IMG/VR virus record: IMGVR_UViG_3300025543_000006
Coordinates: 1 to 34,736 of that record
Reading direction: 5' to 3' (one strand)
DNA length: 34,736 nucleotides
From: a virus
Shown here: piece after piece, positions 8,491 through 19,100 of the stretch
Layout: every line of letters begins with the position of its first letter
Position numbering within the stretch: position 1 is the first letter of the stretch
Translations under genes and position numbers: made by a program
Notes under the pieces: model-generated
The model's input: only the letters and a program-made list of their open reading frames with translations
Told to the model about the DNA's origin: nothing
The model's database searches: none

Positions 8491-9012
8491 ATGGCAGATG
8501 TTTGTGGCCCATTTTCGCTAGAGGATTTAGACCGGTTTGGTAATCTGGATTCTTTAGCGTTTTCGCTTGACAGTGGAGTTTGGGATACAGCCTGTATTTA
8601 CGATGGGTCTGCGTCGGTTGACGGCTTGGCCTCAACTAGCGGCGCAGGAATACGCAACAGAACGTCTAGCGCCTCTGTAAGCGCATTTGCGGCAAGCACC
8701 CTTAATGCGTACAGGAACAGGTCATCTAGCGCCTCTGTAAGCGCCTCTGGCTCTGTTTCAATTGACTATTACAGAACCAGAACATCTAGCGCTTCAATTA
8801 GTACAGACTCATCTACGAGCGCCCTTGGCGGAATGGCATTTTCTGGTATTGCTAACTTAGTTGCCAGTTCAAATGCTTATGCCCAACTTTACGGCGCGTT
8901 AAGTTCTTCTGGCAGTGCCTACGTTCAAGGTAGTGTGTTGTGCAACGGTCGCATCATTGGCGAGGACTGGATTAACGTTCCTGCTAGTTCTAATACATGG
9001 ACACCAGTTTAA
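8491..9012 (+). CDS. Hypothetical Ser-rich virion protein with three 20-aa tandem repeats.
   Basis: Track ORF. The repeats are RNRTSSASVSA / RNRSSSASVSA / RTRTSSASIST. Confidence 0.6.
   Translation: MADVCGPFSLEDLDRFGNLDSLAFSLDSGVWDTACIYDGSASVDGLASTSGAGIRNRTSSASVSAFAASTLNAYRNRSSSASVSASGSVSIDYYRTRTSSASISTDSSTSALGGMAFSGIANLVASSNAYAQLYGALSSSGSAYVQGSVLCNGRIIGEDWINVPASSNTWTPV
8650..8830 (+). repeat. 3 x 60-bp in-frame tandem repeat.
   Basis: The core tctagcgcctctgtaagcgc occurs at 8665 and 8725, and the diverged tctagcgcttcaattagtac at 8785. The period is exactly 60 nt. Confidence 0.85.
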
Positions 9013-9026
9013 CTAGGGAATAATAC

Positions 9027-10466
9027 ATGGCAACCCAGCGTCTAACATTTGGAGAGTGGCTACCAGATCAGCCTGCAATCTCTGGCGCTTTGTCAGAGGC
9101 CAAGAACGTCATCTCTCAGTCTATTGGGTATGGCCCTTTGCCTTTGCCTGTTGAAGTTGCCTCTAGTGTCGGTGAGACCCTGTACACCATGCACACAGCA
9201 CAGACACCGACAAACCAGTCTTTGCTATATGTCGCTGGAAGGGCTAACGTATATAAGGTTTCTGCCATCGGTACGGTCACAAATGTCTCTGGCGGCTCAT
9301 ACGCAACGCCATCAGGAGACAGAATTAGGTTTACACAGTTTGGTCAAAGCACCTTGTTTACAAACAACGCAGACAAAGTTCAATCATTAAGCGTAACGTC
9401 TGGCGGCAATTTTGCTGATGTAGATGCTGGCGCACCAGTTGCAAAATATATTACGGTTGTTCGTGATTTTGTCGTGGTTGCCAATACTTTTGAGTCTGGT
9501 GCGCGCTACCCCACACGCATCCGTTGGTCTGGCATCAACGATGAAACTGAGTGGGCGTTTTCGCAAACAACACAAGCAGATTACCAAGACATTCCTGATG
9601 GCGGCAATGTGGTCGGCATTAGGGGTGGCGAGTTTGGTTTGATCTTGATGGACAACGCTATTTATAGAATGTCCTACGTTGGGACGCCATTTATTTTCCA
9701 GTTTGACAATATCAGTCGCGGAACTGGATGCCGCGAGGAGAATTCTATTGCTCAATATCAGGGCATTACGTTCTTCTTGTCAGATGACGGTTTCTATATG
9801 TGCGATGGACAGACAGTCAAGCCCATTGGCTCTGAGAAGGTTGATCGCCACTTTTTTAATGTTGCTCAAGTAAATAACCTTTCGTCAATGTCAGCCGCTG
9901 TTGACCCGATACGCAAGTTGGTGATTTGGAACTTTAGCAACATCAACGGCGGTCGGTCATTGCTGATTTATAACTTTAAAACAGCAAGATGGACAAACGC
10001 TGATGGCATCGTTGACTATGTTTCTGATGCTTCAACAGGCGGCGTAACTCTTGAAGACTTGGACAATATTTCTACCTCAATAGATGCGCTTGGGCAGTCT
10101 TTAGATTCGTCTGCGTTTATTGGTGGTCAGCATTTCCTTGGTGGCGTTAAAGACCAGTCCGTATACTCTTTTACAGGCTTGCCTAGAGATGCTGAGATTA
10201 TTACTGGTGACATTGGTGCTAGTAACTCGGTTGTAACATTGGCTCGGCCTCAGATTGATAACGGCTCTGCTACGGTGTCCGTGGCGTCTAGGGCGCGTTT
10301 AGACCAGCCATTAACGTATTCCACGCCAGTTGCGGCTACATCGGAAAACAGGGTTGCTTTGCGTAGCGCTGGCAAGTACCATCGAATTAAAGTCAACCCC
10401 ACAGGAGACAATTGGCTTAATGCCGTTGCTGTTGATGTTGACATTGCCCCACAGGGCGGTCGCTAA
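9027..10466 (+). CDS. Putative tail hub protein (P22 gp10-like, beta-propeller-like).
   Basis: 479 aa (P22 gp10 is about 470 aa), in the same position relative to the adaptor. It shows the pattern RIRWSGINDETEW...DIPDGGNVVGI... Confidence 0.45.
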   Translation: MATQRLTFGEWLPDQPAISGALSEAKNVISQSIGYGPLPLPVEVASSVGETLYTMHTAQTPTNQSLLYVAGRANVYKVSAIGTVTNVSGGSYATPSGDRIRFTQFGQSTLFTNNADKVQSLSVTSGGNFADVDAGAPVAKYITVVRDFVVVANTFESGARYPTRIRWSGINDETEWAFSQTTQADYQDIPDGGNVVGIRGGEFGLILMDNAIYRMSYVGTPFIFQFDNISRGTGCREENSIAQYQGITFFLSDDGFYMCDGQTVKPIGSEKVDRHFFNVAQVNNLSSMSAAVDPIRKLVIWNFSNINGGRSLLIYNFKTARWTNADGIVDYVSDASTGGVTLEDLDNISTSIDALGQSLDSSAFIGGQHFLGGVKDQSVYSFTGLPRDAEIITGDIGASNSVVTLARPQIDNGSATVSVASRARLDQPLTYSTPVAATSENRVALRSAGKYHRIKVNPTGDNWLNAVAVDVDIAPQGGR

Positions 10467-11248
10467 TGTTTCGTACAGTCCCAGTATTCGGTGCTGACCA
10501 ACGCGCAGTTTCGGAGGTTTTGCGTGGAGCCATGAATGGCAAGACGAACAACCACGGCACTATCACACTGGCAACGGGTAATGCAACCACTACAACGCTG
10601 TATGACGAGCGCATAAGCCCAGACAGTAAGATAGTAGTGATTCCGTTTTCTGATGCGGCAGAGGTCGATTCAGCGCCTTATGGTGAGTTTACAAACACCA
10701 GCGGGCAGACTGCAACGAGTAGCGCAACTGTTGATTTGATTGTATTTGATTCAACAGAGTCTTCAAGCGGAATATATCTTTCTGATAGCACAAAAATATA
10801 TGTGCTAAATGATGGTATGTATAGTTTTCAATACACAATGCAGTTAAAAAACACCGTAAACACTGTTGAAAGCGCAGACATCTGGATACGAAAAAACGGA
10901 GTTGATGTAGTTCACTCTGCAAGCAGGTTTGGTTTAGCCGCGAGGAAGTCGGGAACCATACCCTTTTACCTTGTTGGCATGAGTGAAAAAAACATTGAAC
11001 TAAGTGCTGGCGACTATGTGCAAATTGCAGGCTCTGTCACAGATGTTGGTGTTGAACTCGACTACTACGCCGCTGATTTGACCATCCCACGGCCATCAGT
11101 TCCATCTGTCACATTGAATGTGAACTACATTGCACCAAAGGCTTATGCTGATGTTTACATAAGCGCCCAGTTCAAGGGTTCAGCAACGCTTTCGCACTTT
11201 GCCAATGACACGGCAAACAAAACCTACGCCTACGTTATTGTGGGTTAG
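10466..11248 (+). CDS. Tail-associated protein with an inserted C1q/BclA-CTD-like jelly-roll segment.
   Basis: 260 aa. The central part reads GMYSFQYTMQL...IRKNGVDV...LSAGDYVQIAG. The DNA of this part (about 10720-10960) is visibly A/T-richer than the flanks. Confidence 0.45.
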   Translation: MFRTVPVFGADQRAVSEVLRGAMNGKTNNHGTITLATGNATTTTLYDERISPDSKIVVIPFSDAAEVDSAPYGEFTNTSGQTATSSATVDLIVFDSTESSSGIYLSDSTKIYVLNDGMYSFQYTMQLKNTVNTVESADIWIRKNGVDVVHSASRFGLAARKSGTIPFYLVGMSEKNIELSAGDYVQIAGSVTDVGVELDYYAADLTIPRPSVPSVTLNVNYIAPKAYADVYISAQFKGSATLSHFANDTANKTYAYVIVG

Positions 11249-11266
11249 TAAAATGATTGATATAAT
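11238..11266 (+). promoter_or_regulatory. Sigma70-like internal promoter with an extended -10.
   Basis: TTGTGG (11238-11243), a 17-nt spacer, then TGaTATAAT (11258-11266). It lies in the 66-nt gap before 11315. Confidence 0.5.
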
Positions 11267-11314
11267 GACTCTAGGACGACCGCCTACGAGTCCATTCTTT
11301 GAAAGGAACTGACT

Positions 11315-12085
11315 ATGGCAGTCAACTACCAAACCGTTACAACTACATCAGAGCCAAGCGGAAGTGTAAAGCCGTATCTTGACTATGGACTAGCTGAATC
11401 CCAACGCCTATATCAGGCTGGCGGTACACCAGTAGTAGGGCCATCAGACGTTACTCAACAGGCCATGCAAGCGATAGAAAACCGCGCTATGCAAGGTTCT
11501 CCTTTGTTGGGCGCGGCTCAAACACAGCAGTTGGGGACGGTTCAGGGTGATTACTTATCTGGGAACCCGTTCTTCCAAGGCGCTTTCCAGCCTGCGGCAC
11601 AACAGGCTACGAGCGCATTTAACCAAGCGATTGGCAACATTGGCTCACAGGCTTCACGCGCTGGTCGATACGGCTCTGGTGCGATGGGTGAGTTTCAAAA
11701 CCAAGCGGCTGGTCAGTTGGCTCAAAGCCTGACAAATACTGCTGGACAGTTGGCCTACCAAAACTACGCTCAAGAGCGCGGTCGCCAAGAAGCGGCGGCT
11801 ACTGGCGCGCCTCAAATGGCGGCGGCTGATTATGGCGACATTAGTAAGTTGTTGGGCGTTGGTCAACTTGAAGAGCAATACTTGCAGTCGGCTTACAGTC
11901 AACCGCAACAAGCCTTGTCTAGTTTCTTGAGCAACATATATGGCTATCCTGCTGGCTCATCTGGAACATCCACGACGCCCGAATACTACAACCCAACACT
12001 TGAGAAAGCTAGTGAGGCCAGCGCTGGTATTGGCCTTGCAAGGGACGTTTGGGGTTTAGGCAAAGACCTTAATTTTTGGGGTTAA
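11315..12085 (+). CDS. Putative internal virion/ejection protein (Q/G/A-rich).
   Basis: 256 aa. It is the first of three consecutive genes whose order and sizes (256/439/678 aa) parallel P22 gp7/gp20/gp16. Confidence 0.45.
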   Translation: MAVNYQTVTTTSEPSGSVKPYLDYGLAESQRLYQAGGTPVVGPSDVTQQAMQAIENRAMQGSPLLGAAQTQQLGTVQGDYLSGNPFFQGAFQPAAQQATSAFNQAIGNIGSQASRAGRYGSGAMGEFQNQAAGQLAQSLTNTAGQLAYQNYAQERGRQEAAATGAPQMAAADYGDISKLLGVGQLEEQYLQSAYSQPQQALSSFLSNIYGYPAGSSGTSTTPEYYNPTLEKASEASAGIGLARDVWGLGKDLNFWG

Positions 12086-12088
12086 GTT

Positions 12089-13408
12089 ATGGCGATAAAC
12101 GACATTATGGGATTACTTGGTCGCGCTGGTGAGTACATTGGCGGAGGCACTCCATCAGTATACAGCGGCCTGCTGTCAGAAGAAGAATTGCAGGCGGCTA
12201 AAAGACGCGCCTCTACTCAGGCATTTTATGATCTGTCGGCAAAGTTGTCGCAAGCGGCTCGCCCTCAGTCTGGTAGGCCAGTTAGCACGTTGAGTGGCTT
12301 GGCTCAGAGTATGTCAGGGGCAAAAGAGGGCTACCAGCGCACTTTGCAACAACAGGCGCAGGAAAAGTTAGCAATGCAAGAGATGCAAAGAAAAATGCAG
12401 TCTCAGCAACGTGCCACAGATGTACAAGGGTTGATTGGTGGCGCTTACAGACCAGCACAGGCGGCTACGCAAGGCATCATGGATAGCCCTGATGTAGTTG
12501 TACCTCCGAGACAAGCAACACCTGCTAGGTTTGACTTGCAAGCTATTGCTCCTCAGTTGATGCAAACGGCTGAAGGTCGTGCGGCTTTGGGTGACCTAAT
12601 GAACGCTCAGAAGGCTATGCGTCCTGAGATGTTTAGTCTTGCTGAAGGCGCTACCCGGTTTGAGCGTGACCCAATGACGGGTGAGGTTCGGCAGGTTGGT
12701 GCTGGCGCTCCAAAAGAGTCTCCCGCTTACAGAGACTACCAAAGAGCCACAAGCGACGGAAGTTTTAAAGGTAGTTTCCTTGACTACCAACTAGCCCTGA
12801 AAAAAGCAGGCGCTACAAATGTAAACGTGGGCGGGGAAAAGGCGCTCTCTAATACTGTTGCCAAAGACATTGGCTCAATGATTGGTATCGCAACAGAGCA
12901 AGCAACGGTAGCCAGAGAAACGCTTGATAACGCAGATAGGATTTACTCGGCTTTGGATAAAGCGATTGTCGGCCCTGCCGCAGACACCAGAACGGTCTTG
13001 TTGCGAGTCGGTCAATCATTGGGTGTCGCAGGAAAAGACGCAGACGAAATTCTAGCTAATACGGCGGTTCTTGTTCAGGGGTTAGCAAAGGGAGAACTGC
13101 AAGCGGCGGCGGCAATGAAGGGTCAGGGTCAGATTACAGAAAACGAGCGCTTGATTATCAAGAGGGCGTCTGCTGGAACTCAAAACATGAGTGCTACCGA
13201 GATCAAAGCGGCTTTGGCGGCGATTCGCAAGGTTGCTCAAAACAAAATTAAGCGGCACGATACATTATTTAACCAGTTTAAACAACTTAAGGGGATGGAG
13301 AAGTATGCGCCGTTTTATGCGTTGCCGCCATACCAGCCAAGCGATGGCGGTGGCGTAAACCAATTACAGCAAGGGGTGGAAGCAGAATTGCGCCGCAGAG
13401 GGTTCTAA
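12089..13408 (+). CDS. Putative internal virion/ejection protein.
   Basis: 439 aa. Called on position and size only. Confidence 0.45.
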   Translation: MAINDIMGLLGRAGEYIGGGTPSVYSGLLSEEELQAAKRRASTQAFYDLSAKLSQAARPQSGRPVSTLSGLAQSMSGAKEGYQRTLQQQAQEKLAMQEMQRKMQSQQRATDVQGLIGGAYRPAQAATQGIMDSPDVVVPPRQATPARFDLQAIAPQLMQTAEGRAALGDLMNAQKAMRPEMFSLAEGATRFERDPMTGEVRQVGAGAPKESPAYRDYQRATSDGSFKGSFLDYQLALKKAGATNVNVGGEKALSNTVAKDIGSMIGIATEQATVARETLDNADRIYSALDKAIVGPAADTRTVLLRVGQSLGVAGKDADEILANTAVLVQGLAKGELQAAAAMKGQGQITENERLIIKRASAGTQNMSATEIKAALAAIRKVAQNKIKRHDTLFNQFKQLKGMEKYAPFYALPPYQPSDGGGVNQLQQGVEAELRRRGF

Positions 13409-13411
13409 ATA

Positions 13412-15448
13412 ATGGCTGATTTATCAACATTTACAACCGAAGAATTGCAGGCCATTCGTAATGGCGACTTTTCAAAAATATCTAACGAAAAGTTGCAGAC
13501 GTTGCGTCAGTCACTTGCTACATCTGGCTCACAAGCGCAACCACAGTCTACGTTCCCATCAATCAGCGCACCAGCGCCGAAGCCGCAAGTAGAACCGCAA
13601 CGATTGCGGTCTGCGGCTCAAGGCTTGACGCTTGGCTTTGGTGATGAGATTGAGGCGTTGGTACGCTCCAAGGTTGCTGGTCAAGACTTTGATAAAACCA
13701 TTGCTCAGATTCGGTCTGATTTAGCGGCCTATCGTGAAGATGACCCAGCAGGCGCTTTGATATACGAAGCTGGCGGCTCTATGATTGCTCCCGGCGGTGC
13801 GTTAAAGTTTGCGCTAGGAAAGTCTCCAACATTGTTAAGAGTTTTGGGCGCTACTACTGGTGTGGGCGGAGTAAGCGGAGGCGTTTCTGCTCTTGGCACG
13901 GGTGAGGGTAATATCATTGAGCGTTCTGCGCGAGTCCCCGCTGGCGTTGGATTTGGCGCTGTGACTGGGCCAGTAGGCTATGGTGTCGGCAAGGGCTTGC
14001 AGATGGGGACAAATGCCCTCATTGATATGGCACGTCGCAGGATTGGTGGTCGTGGTGCAAAGATTGTAGAAAATGAAATCCAAAGGATTGCCAGAGAAAC
14101 TAACATGACCGACGATGAGATTTTCGCAGGCGTTATGCGCGGCGATATTCTTGCCGAAAACAAGACAATCCAAGATATTGTCAGGGCGTATGCGCGAGGC
14201 GGTGGCGAGGCCAGTGAGATTTTGAAGCGCTCACTAAGCAAGCGACCAGAAGAACTGCGTGGCAAGGCTTTAGAGGACTTAAATCGCGCCTTGTTCCCCG
14301 ACGCACAAGGTAACGTGCGCCGCGTAGTTGGCGAGGCCGATGAGGTAATGAGAAAGCAGGAAGGACAGCAATACCGATCTGCCTTTGAGCGTGGCGGCGT
14401 TATAACGCAAGAAACGCTACAAGCAATAGAGCAAGGTATTCGTCGCTCTCCCGCATCTGGGCGAGCGTTGCAGGAAGCGTATCAAGCGCAGACAGGCAAG
14501 ACGCCTTTCTTTTCTCTAAAGGATGGCGAGGTTGTTTATGACCGCGCACCAACGTTGCAAGACGCAGAGATTTTGATGCGGGGTTTACGCGACTTGGCTG
14601 ACGAGGCTTTCCGTGGTGGTCGTGGCTCTGCTGGGCAAGGGTTCAAGGAGGCCGAAAAGATACTGCGTGCTGAGATTAACAAGTCATCCACTTTGTTTGA
14701 GCGTGGCGGTGACACAGAAGGTTACAGCGGTATTTACCGACCAGTTGTTAAGACTGTTGAGCAAACAAGAAAACAAGCCGCAAAGTTACGCTCATCAAGA
14801 GATTCGTTTGATTACGGCAAAACAATTTTTGGGCAAAATGCCGATCAGGTTTCCATTGACTTTGAAAGAGTCACGCCTGAAAACATGAAGTACTTGCGTG
14901 CTGGTGTGATGGATGCTATTCGCAACAAAATGGCGACAGGCAATAAGCTGACGTTTATGAAGCGTTTAAGCGACCCTCAAACCAAAGAAGGTCAAATCTT
15001 ACGCACCATTTACCCTCAAGATGAGTTAGAGGGTGTGTTGGATACCGTAGGGCGTGCGGCGCGCTCTCAGGAGGCTTCTGGGGCTATCTTGGGGGGTTCT
15101 GGAACCGCGCCTACCCAGATGCAGGCAAGTCGGATTGGCTCAGACGTTTCTTTGCAAGAAGTTACTTCTGCCATGACTGGAAATCCATTGGCAATTGTTA
15201 GCGCGGCGCGTAAAATGCTAAGAAGCGTTTTGCCAGCAAACCTAACAGACAAACAGCGCGCTGATGTTGCCGAGGTTTTAGTAAGTGAAGACCCTCAATT
15301 GGTTTTGAGGGCGTTAAGAGATGACAGCGCATTTGCTGAGTTTGCGAAGAAGGCACGGGGTGTAACATCACAAGTGCCTGCTGGGTTGCTTGGCACAAGT
15401 TCTTTCTTTGGCGGTATGTCTGGCGGCAACTTGTCAACAATGGAGTAA
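13412..15448 (+). CDS. Putative internal virion/ejection protein.
   Basis: 678 aa. Called on position and size only. No lysozyme or transglycosylase motif recognised. Confidence 0.45.
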   Translation: MADLSTFTTEELQAIRNGDFSKISNEKLQTLRQSLATSGSQAQPQSTFPSISAPAPKPQVEPQRLRSAAQGLTLGFGDEIEALVRSKVAGQDFDKTIAQIRSDLAAYREDDPAGALIYEAGGSMIAPGGALKFALGKSPTLLRVLGATTGVGGVSGGVSALGTGEGNIIERSARVPAGVGFGAVTGPVGYGVGKGLQMGTNALIDMARRRIGGRGAKIVENEIQRIARETNMTDDEIFAGVMRGDILAENKTIQDIVRAYARGGGEASEILKRSLSKRPEELRGKALEDLNRALFPDAQGNVRRVVGEADEVMRKQEGQQYRSAFERGGVITQETLQAIEQGIRRSPASGRALQEAYQAQTGKTPFFSLKDGEVVYDRAPTLQDAEILMRGLRDLADEAFRGGRGSAGQGFKEAEKILRAEINKSSTLFERGGDTEGYSGIYRPVVKTVEQTRKQAAKLRSSRDSFDYGKTIFGQNADQVSIDFERVTPENMKYLRAGVMDAIRNKMATGNKLTFMKRLSDPQTKEGQILRTIYPQDELEGVLDTVGRAARSQEASGAILGGSGTAPTQMQASRIGSDVSLQEVTSAMTGNPLAIVSAARKMLRSVLPANLTDKQRADVAEVLVSEDPQLVLRALRDDSAFAEFAKKARGVTSQVPAGLLGTSSFFGGMSGGNLSTME

Positions 15449-15452
15449 ATAA

Positions 15453-16103
15453 ATGGCAAAGACAAAGATTAGCGAATACAGCCCAACGGCATCAAACAAC
15501 ACGGACATTCAGTCAATTAACATTGACGAAGGCTGTGCGCCTAGTGGAATCAATAACGCTATCCGCGAACTGATGACGCATCTGAAGAATTTTCAGGACG
15601 GCTCATCTGGTGACTCGCTTACAAGCGCAAACGTCATCGTTACTGGCGGCACTATTAGCGGCATTACTGACCTAGCGGTTTTGGATGGCGGTACAGGAGC
15701 CTCAGACGCCACTGGAGCGCGTACAAACCTTGGCTTGGTTATTGATACCGACGTGCAGGCATACGACGCTGACACAGCTAAGACAGACGTTTCTCAGACG
15801 TTTACAGCCTCGCAACGCGGCACTGTAACAACCGATAACGACTTGTCGTTTGACTTGTCAGCAACCAACAACTTCTTCTGTACACCAGCGGGTACGGGGA
15901 CGCTTACGTTCACGAATCACACGGCTGGTCAGTCTGGATTTATTCTGCTAGACAACTCTGGTGGTCACAGCATCACGGCGGCTGGCACGACCAAGATTAA
16001 CGCCGATGACCTGACTGCCATATCTACGGCGGGTGTGTATGTCATTGCTTATTTTGACAACGGCACTAATACTTACATTATGGTTTCAAGGAGCTTTGCA
16101 TGA
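15453..16103 (+). CDS. Tail fibre protein (N-terminal anchor type).
   Basis: 216 aa. It carries ISEYSPTASNNTDIQSINIDEGCAPSGINNAIRELM and LDGGTGASDATGARTNLGL, which are typical phage tail-fibre signatures from memory. Confidence 0.6.
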   Translation: MAKTKISEYSPTASNNTDIQSINIDEGCAPSGINNAIRELMTHLKNFQDGSSGDSLTSANVIVTGGTISGITDLAVLDGGTGASDATGARTNLGLVIDTDVQAYDADTAKTDVSQTFTASQRGTVTTDNDLSFDLSATNNFFCTPAGTGTLTFTNHTAGQSGFILLDNSGGHSITAAGTTKINADDLTAISTAGVYVIAYFDNGTNTYIMVSRSFA

Positions 16104-19100
16104 GCGTACTACCCGTAGGATTCGGATCGCAAGGTGGTGGTGGCTACACCATTAAGAACTCCTTGCGCTTTCGCCCAAGTGCGTCTGCTTATTTGAGTAG
16201 AGCGCAAGGCTCTGCAACAAGCACAACTACAGGCACATGGTCTGGTTGGTGTAAAAGAGGAAAGTTGGGAGTACAACAATTTATTTGGTCTTCTGTAAAC
16301 TATGATTTTTTACAATTTAATACTGATGACAAAATAAGGATTGCGTATCTTAATAACTCGGGATATGTATCAACGGCGGCAGTTTATCGTGACCCGTCAG
16401 CTTGGTATCACATTGTTTTAGTTTTTGACACAACCAATGCAACTGCCGTAGACAGGATGCGTTTGTATGTAAATGGGGTTCAGCAAACACTATCTTGGGG
16501 CGCTACGCCACAGACACAAAACGCTACTTTTCAAAGATGGAATAAGTCGGGCTACACGGGGGATATTGGAGATTTTCAGTATAACCATACCGCCTTCTTT
16601 GATGGGTATATGGCTGAATGTTATTGGGTTGATGGACAAGCCCTAGCCCCCTCAGACTTTGGTGAGTACAACGAAAACACAGGCGTATGGCAACCAGTTG
16701 AATACGAGGGCACATACGGCAATAACGGCTTCTACCTGCCTTTCAGCGATGCAACAAACACGACAACCTTGGTTGCTGACTCATCAGGCAACGGTAATGA
16801 CTGGACACCTAACAACATATCGCTGACCTCTGGTGTCACTTACGACAGCATGACAGACACACCCACGATTTATGCGGGCGGTGGAAATTATGCGGTGATG
16901 AATCCGTTGCACAAATCCGCTAATGCAACTTTGTCAGATGGGAATCTGAAGATTCGTTCTGCCGTCACAGGACAAAACAACTTTGCAATAGCCACAATTA
17001 CGTTGCCAACAGACAAATTTTATTTTGAGGTTACGGCTGGTAATAATACTGGTGCAGTAGTAGTTTGTGAAATTGGTTTAGTAGTGCCTACAACGCAAAC
17101 TTTTGCTGGTACAAACAGCGGTATTCAATGTGTAAATGGTGGCCTAAACAAGATTGTTAATGGTGTATATACCTCAATTGGTGGTGGACTCACTACTGGA
17201 ACGGTACTTGGTTTTGCTTACGATTTAGTCAATGGGTTGATGACCATTTACAGAGATGGCACTGCCGTTGCAACCGACGAAACAATACCAACAACTTTTA
17301 GGGCGGTTCTTGCTAGTGTTTATAGGGATACTGCAAACGATGTCGGATGGGAGTTTAACTTCGGTCAACACCCATTCGCCCACACGCCACCCACAGGCTT
17401 CAAAGCGCTACACACGGGTAACTTGCCTGACTCGACGATTGTTAGTGGAGATGACTACTTCAAGACATATTTGTACACAGGCAACGGTGGTGGCTTGCAG
17501 GTGGGTGAGATTCAGAAACCGTTTACAACTTATGAAGTTTCAAACAGTTTACGCTTTAGGGCAAGTGCGTCTGCTTACCTGAGTCGGACACCTGCGTCTG
17601 CTGGAAACCGTAAGACTTGGACATGGAGTGCGTGGGTCAAGCGTGGAAAGCAAGGGGTAGTAAATTACATTTCAGGAACCCCCTCAAATTACACCACTGC
17701 TTTTAGATTTGAAGCAGATGGGAAGTTCTATTTTACTGGCGTTAGTGGAACTCAATTTGATTTGAGGACAAATCAAGTTTTCCGAGATCCGTCTGCTTGG
17801 TATCATATTATTATTGCATTTGATACAACTCAAGCTACTACAAGCAACCGAATAAAAATGTATGTGAACGGCTCTGAGATAACTTCTTTTTATACAGCAT
17901 CTTATCCAACATTAAACCTTGACGGAGCAATAAACAATAACGCTTACCACGGTATTGGAACTCCGTCCTCTGGGGACACGCACGACGGCTACCTAGCAGA
18001 AGTCAACTTCATCGATGGGCAAGCATTAACCCCATCGGACTTGGGCGACTACGATGGTAACAACTACTGGGTTCCTAAAGCCTACACAGGTACATACGGA
18101 ACCAACGGTTTTTACTTAGACTTCAGCGACACGACAAGTACGGCTACCTTGGTTGCAGACCAAAGTGGTGCGGGTAATGATTGGACTCCAAACAACATTA
18201 GCCTAACCGCTGGTTCGACCTATGACAGCATGGTGGACTCGCCTACGCCTTATGCGGATGCTGGTAACTATGCGGTGTTGAATCCATTGAGTAATCTTAT
18301 TGGCGGTAATTACCCAACCATGTCAAATGGAAATTTATCTGCCGCAAGAGCGGGTATTCCAACACACGTTTGGGGAACTTTCGGAATTGCCGCAGGGGAT
18401 ACAACAAGTTGGTATTGGGAAGGCGTTTGCACAACTTTGGATGCGGCTCGCACTTACATAGGAATTATTGACTCAACCACAACAACATCCTCCGCACCCG
18501 GCGCTTCTTACGCTTTTGTTGATAAAGCAATTTTGTCTCGCACTGGTGCTTATTACAATACAGCAAGCGGAACTACTGGAAGCTCTGCTGGTACATATAC
18601 TTCTTATGCTGTAAATGATGTTGTAATGATTGCATATCAAAATGGAAAAATATGGTTTGGCAAAAATGGAACTTGGATGAATTCTGGGAATCCAGCCGCT
18701 GGAACTGGGGCTATTGATACAGCCGTTTCTACAGCCAGAACATGGATTCCTTATTTTGGTTACAACTCAAGCTGGACAGCCAACTTCGGTCAACGCCCAT
18801 TTGCATATACACCTCCAACGGGCTTCAAGACACTTAACAGCTTCAACATTCCTGAAGTAACTAATGACTTGGAAACGCCTGACTTGGTGTGGATTAAGTC
18901 AAGAAGTGCGGCACAAAGCCATACTCTGTTTGATAGTGTGCGTGGTGTACATGATTACTTAAAGTCCGACAATACGGCTCTTGAGGTAACTGATGTCAAC
19001 TCTTTGCTTCAGTTCAACAAGAACGGATTCCTGTTAGGGGCTAGTGCGGCTGTTAACACTTCTGGCAGAACTTACGTTGGCTGGGGTTGGAAAGCTGGGA

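Noticed and set aside
8650-8830. Regularly spaced 60-bp repeats could be a mini CRISPR array.
   Set aside because: The repeats are contiguous with no unique spacers, lie in-frame inside a well-supported ORF and encode a repeating peptide. No cas genes are present.
16157-18850. The two tail-fibre modules could be a diversity-generating retroelement template/variable repeat pair.
   Set aside because: There is no reverse transcriptase anywhere in the window. The copies are ~1.3 kb, strongly diverged at all four bases rather than adenine-specific, and both are in-frame parts of one gene.
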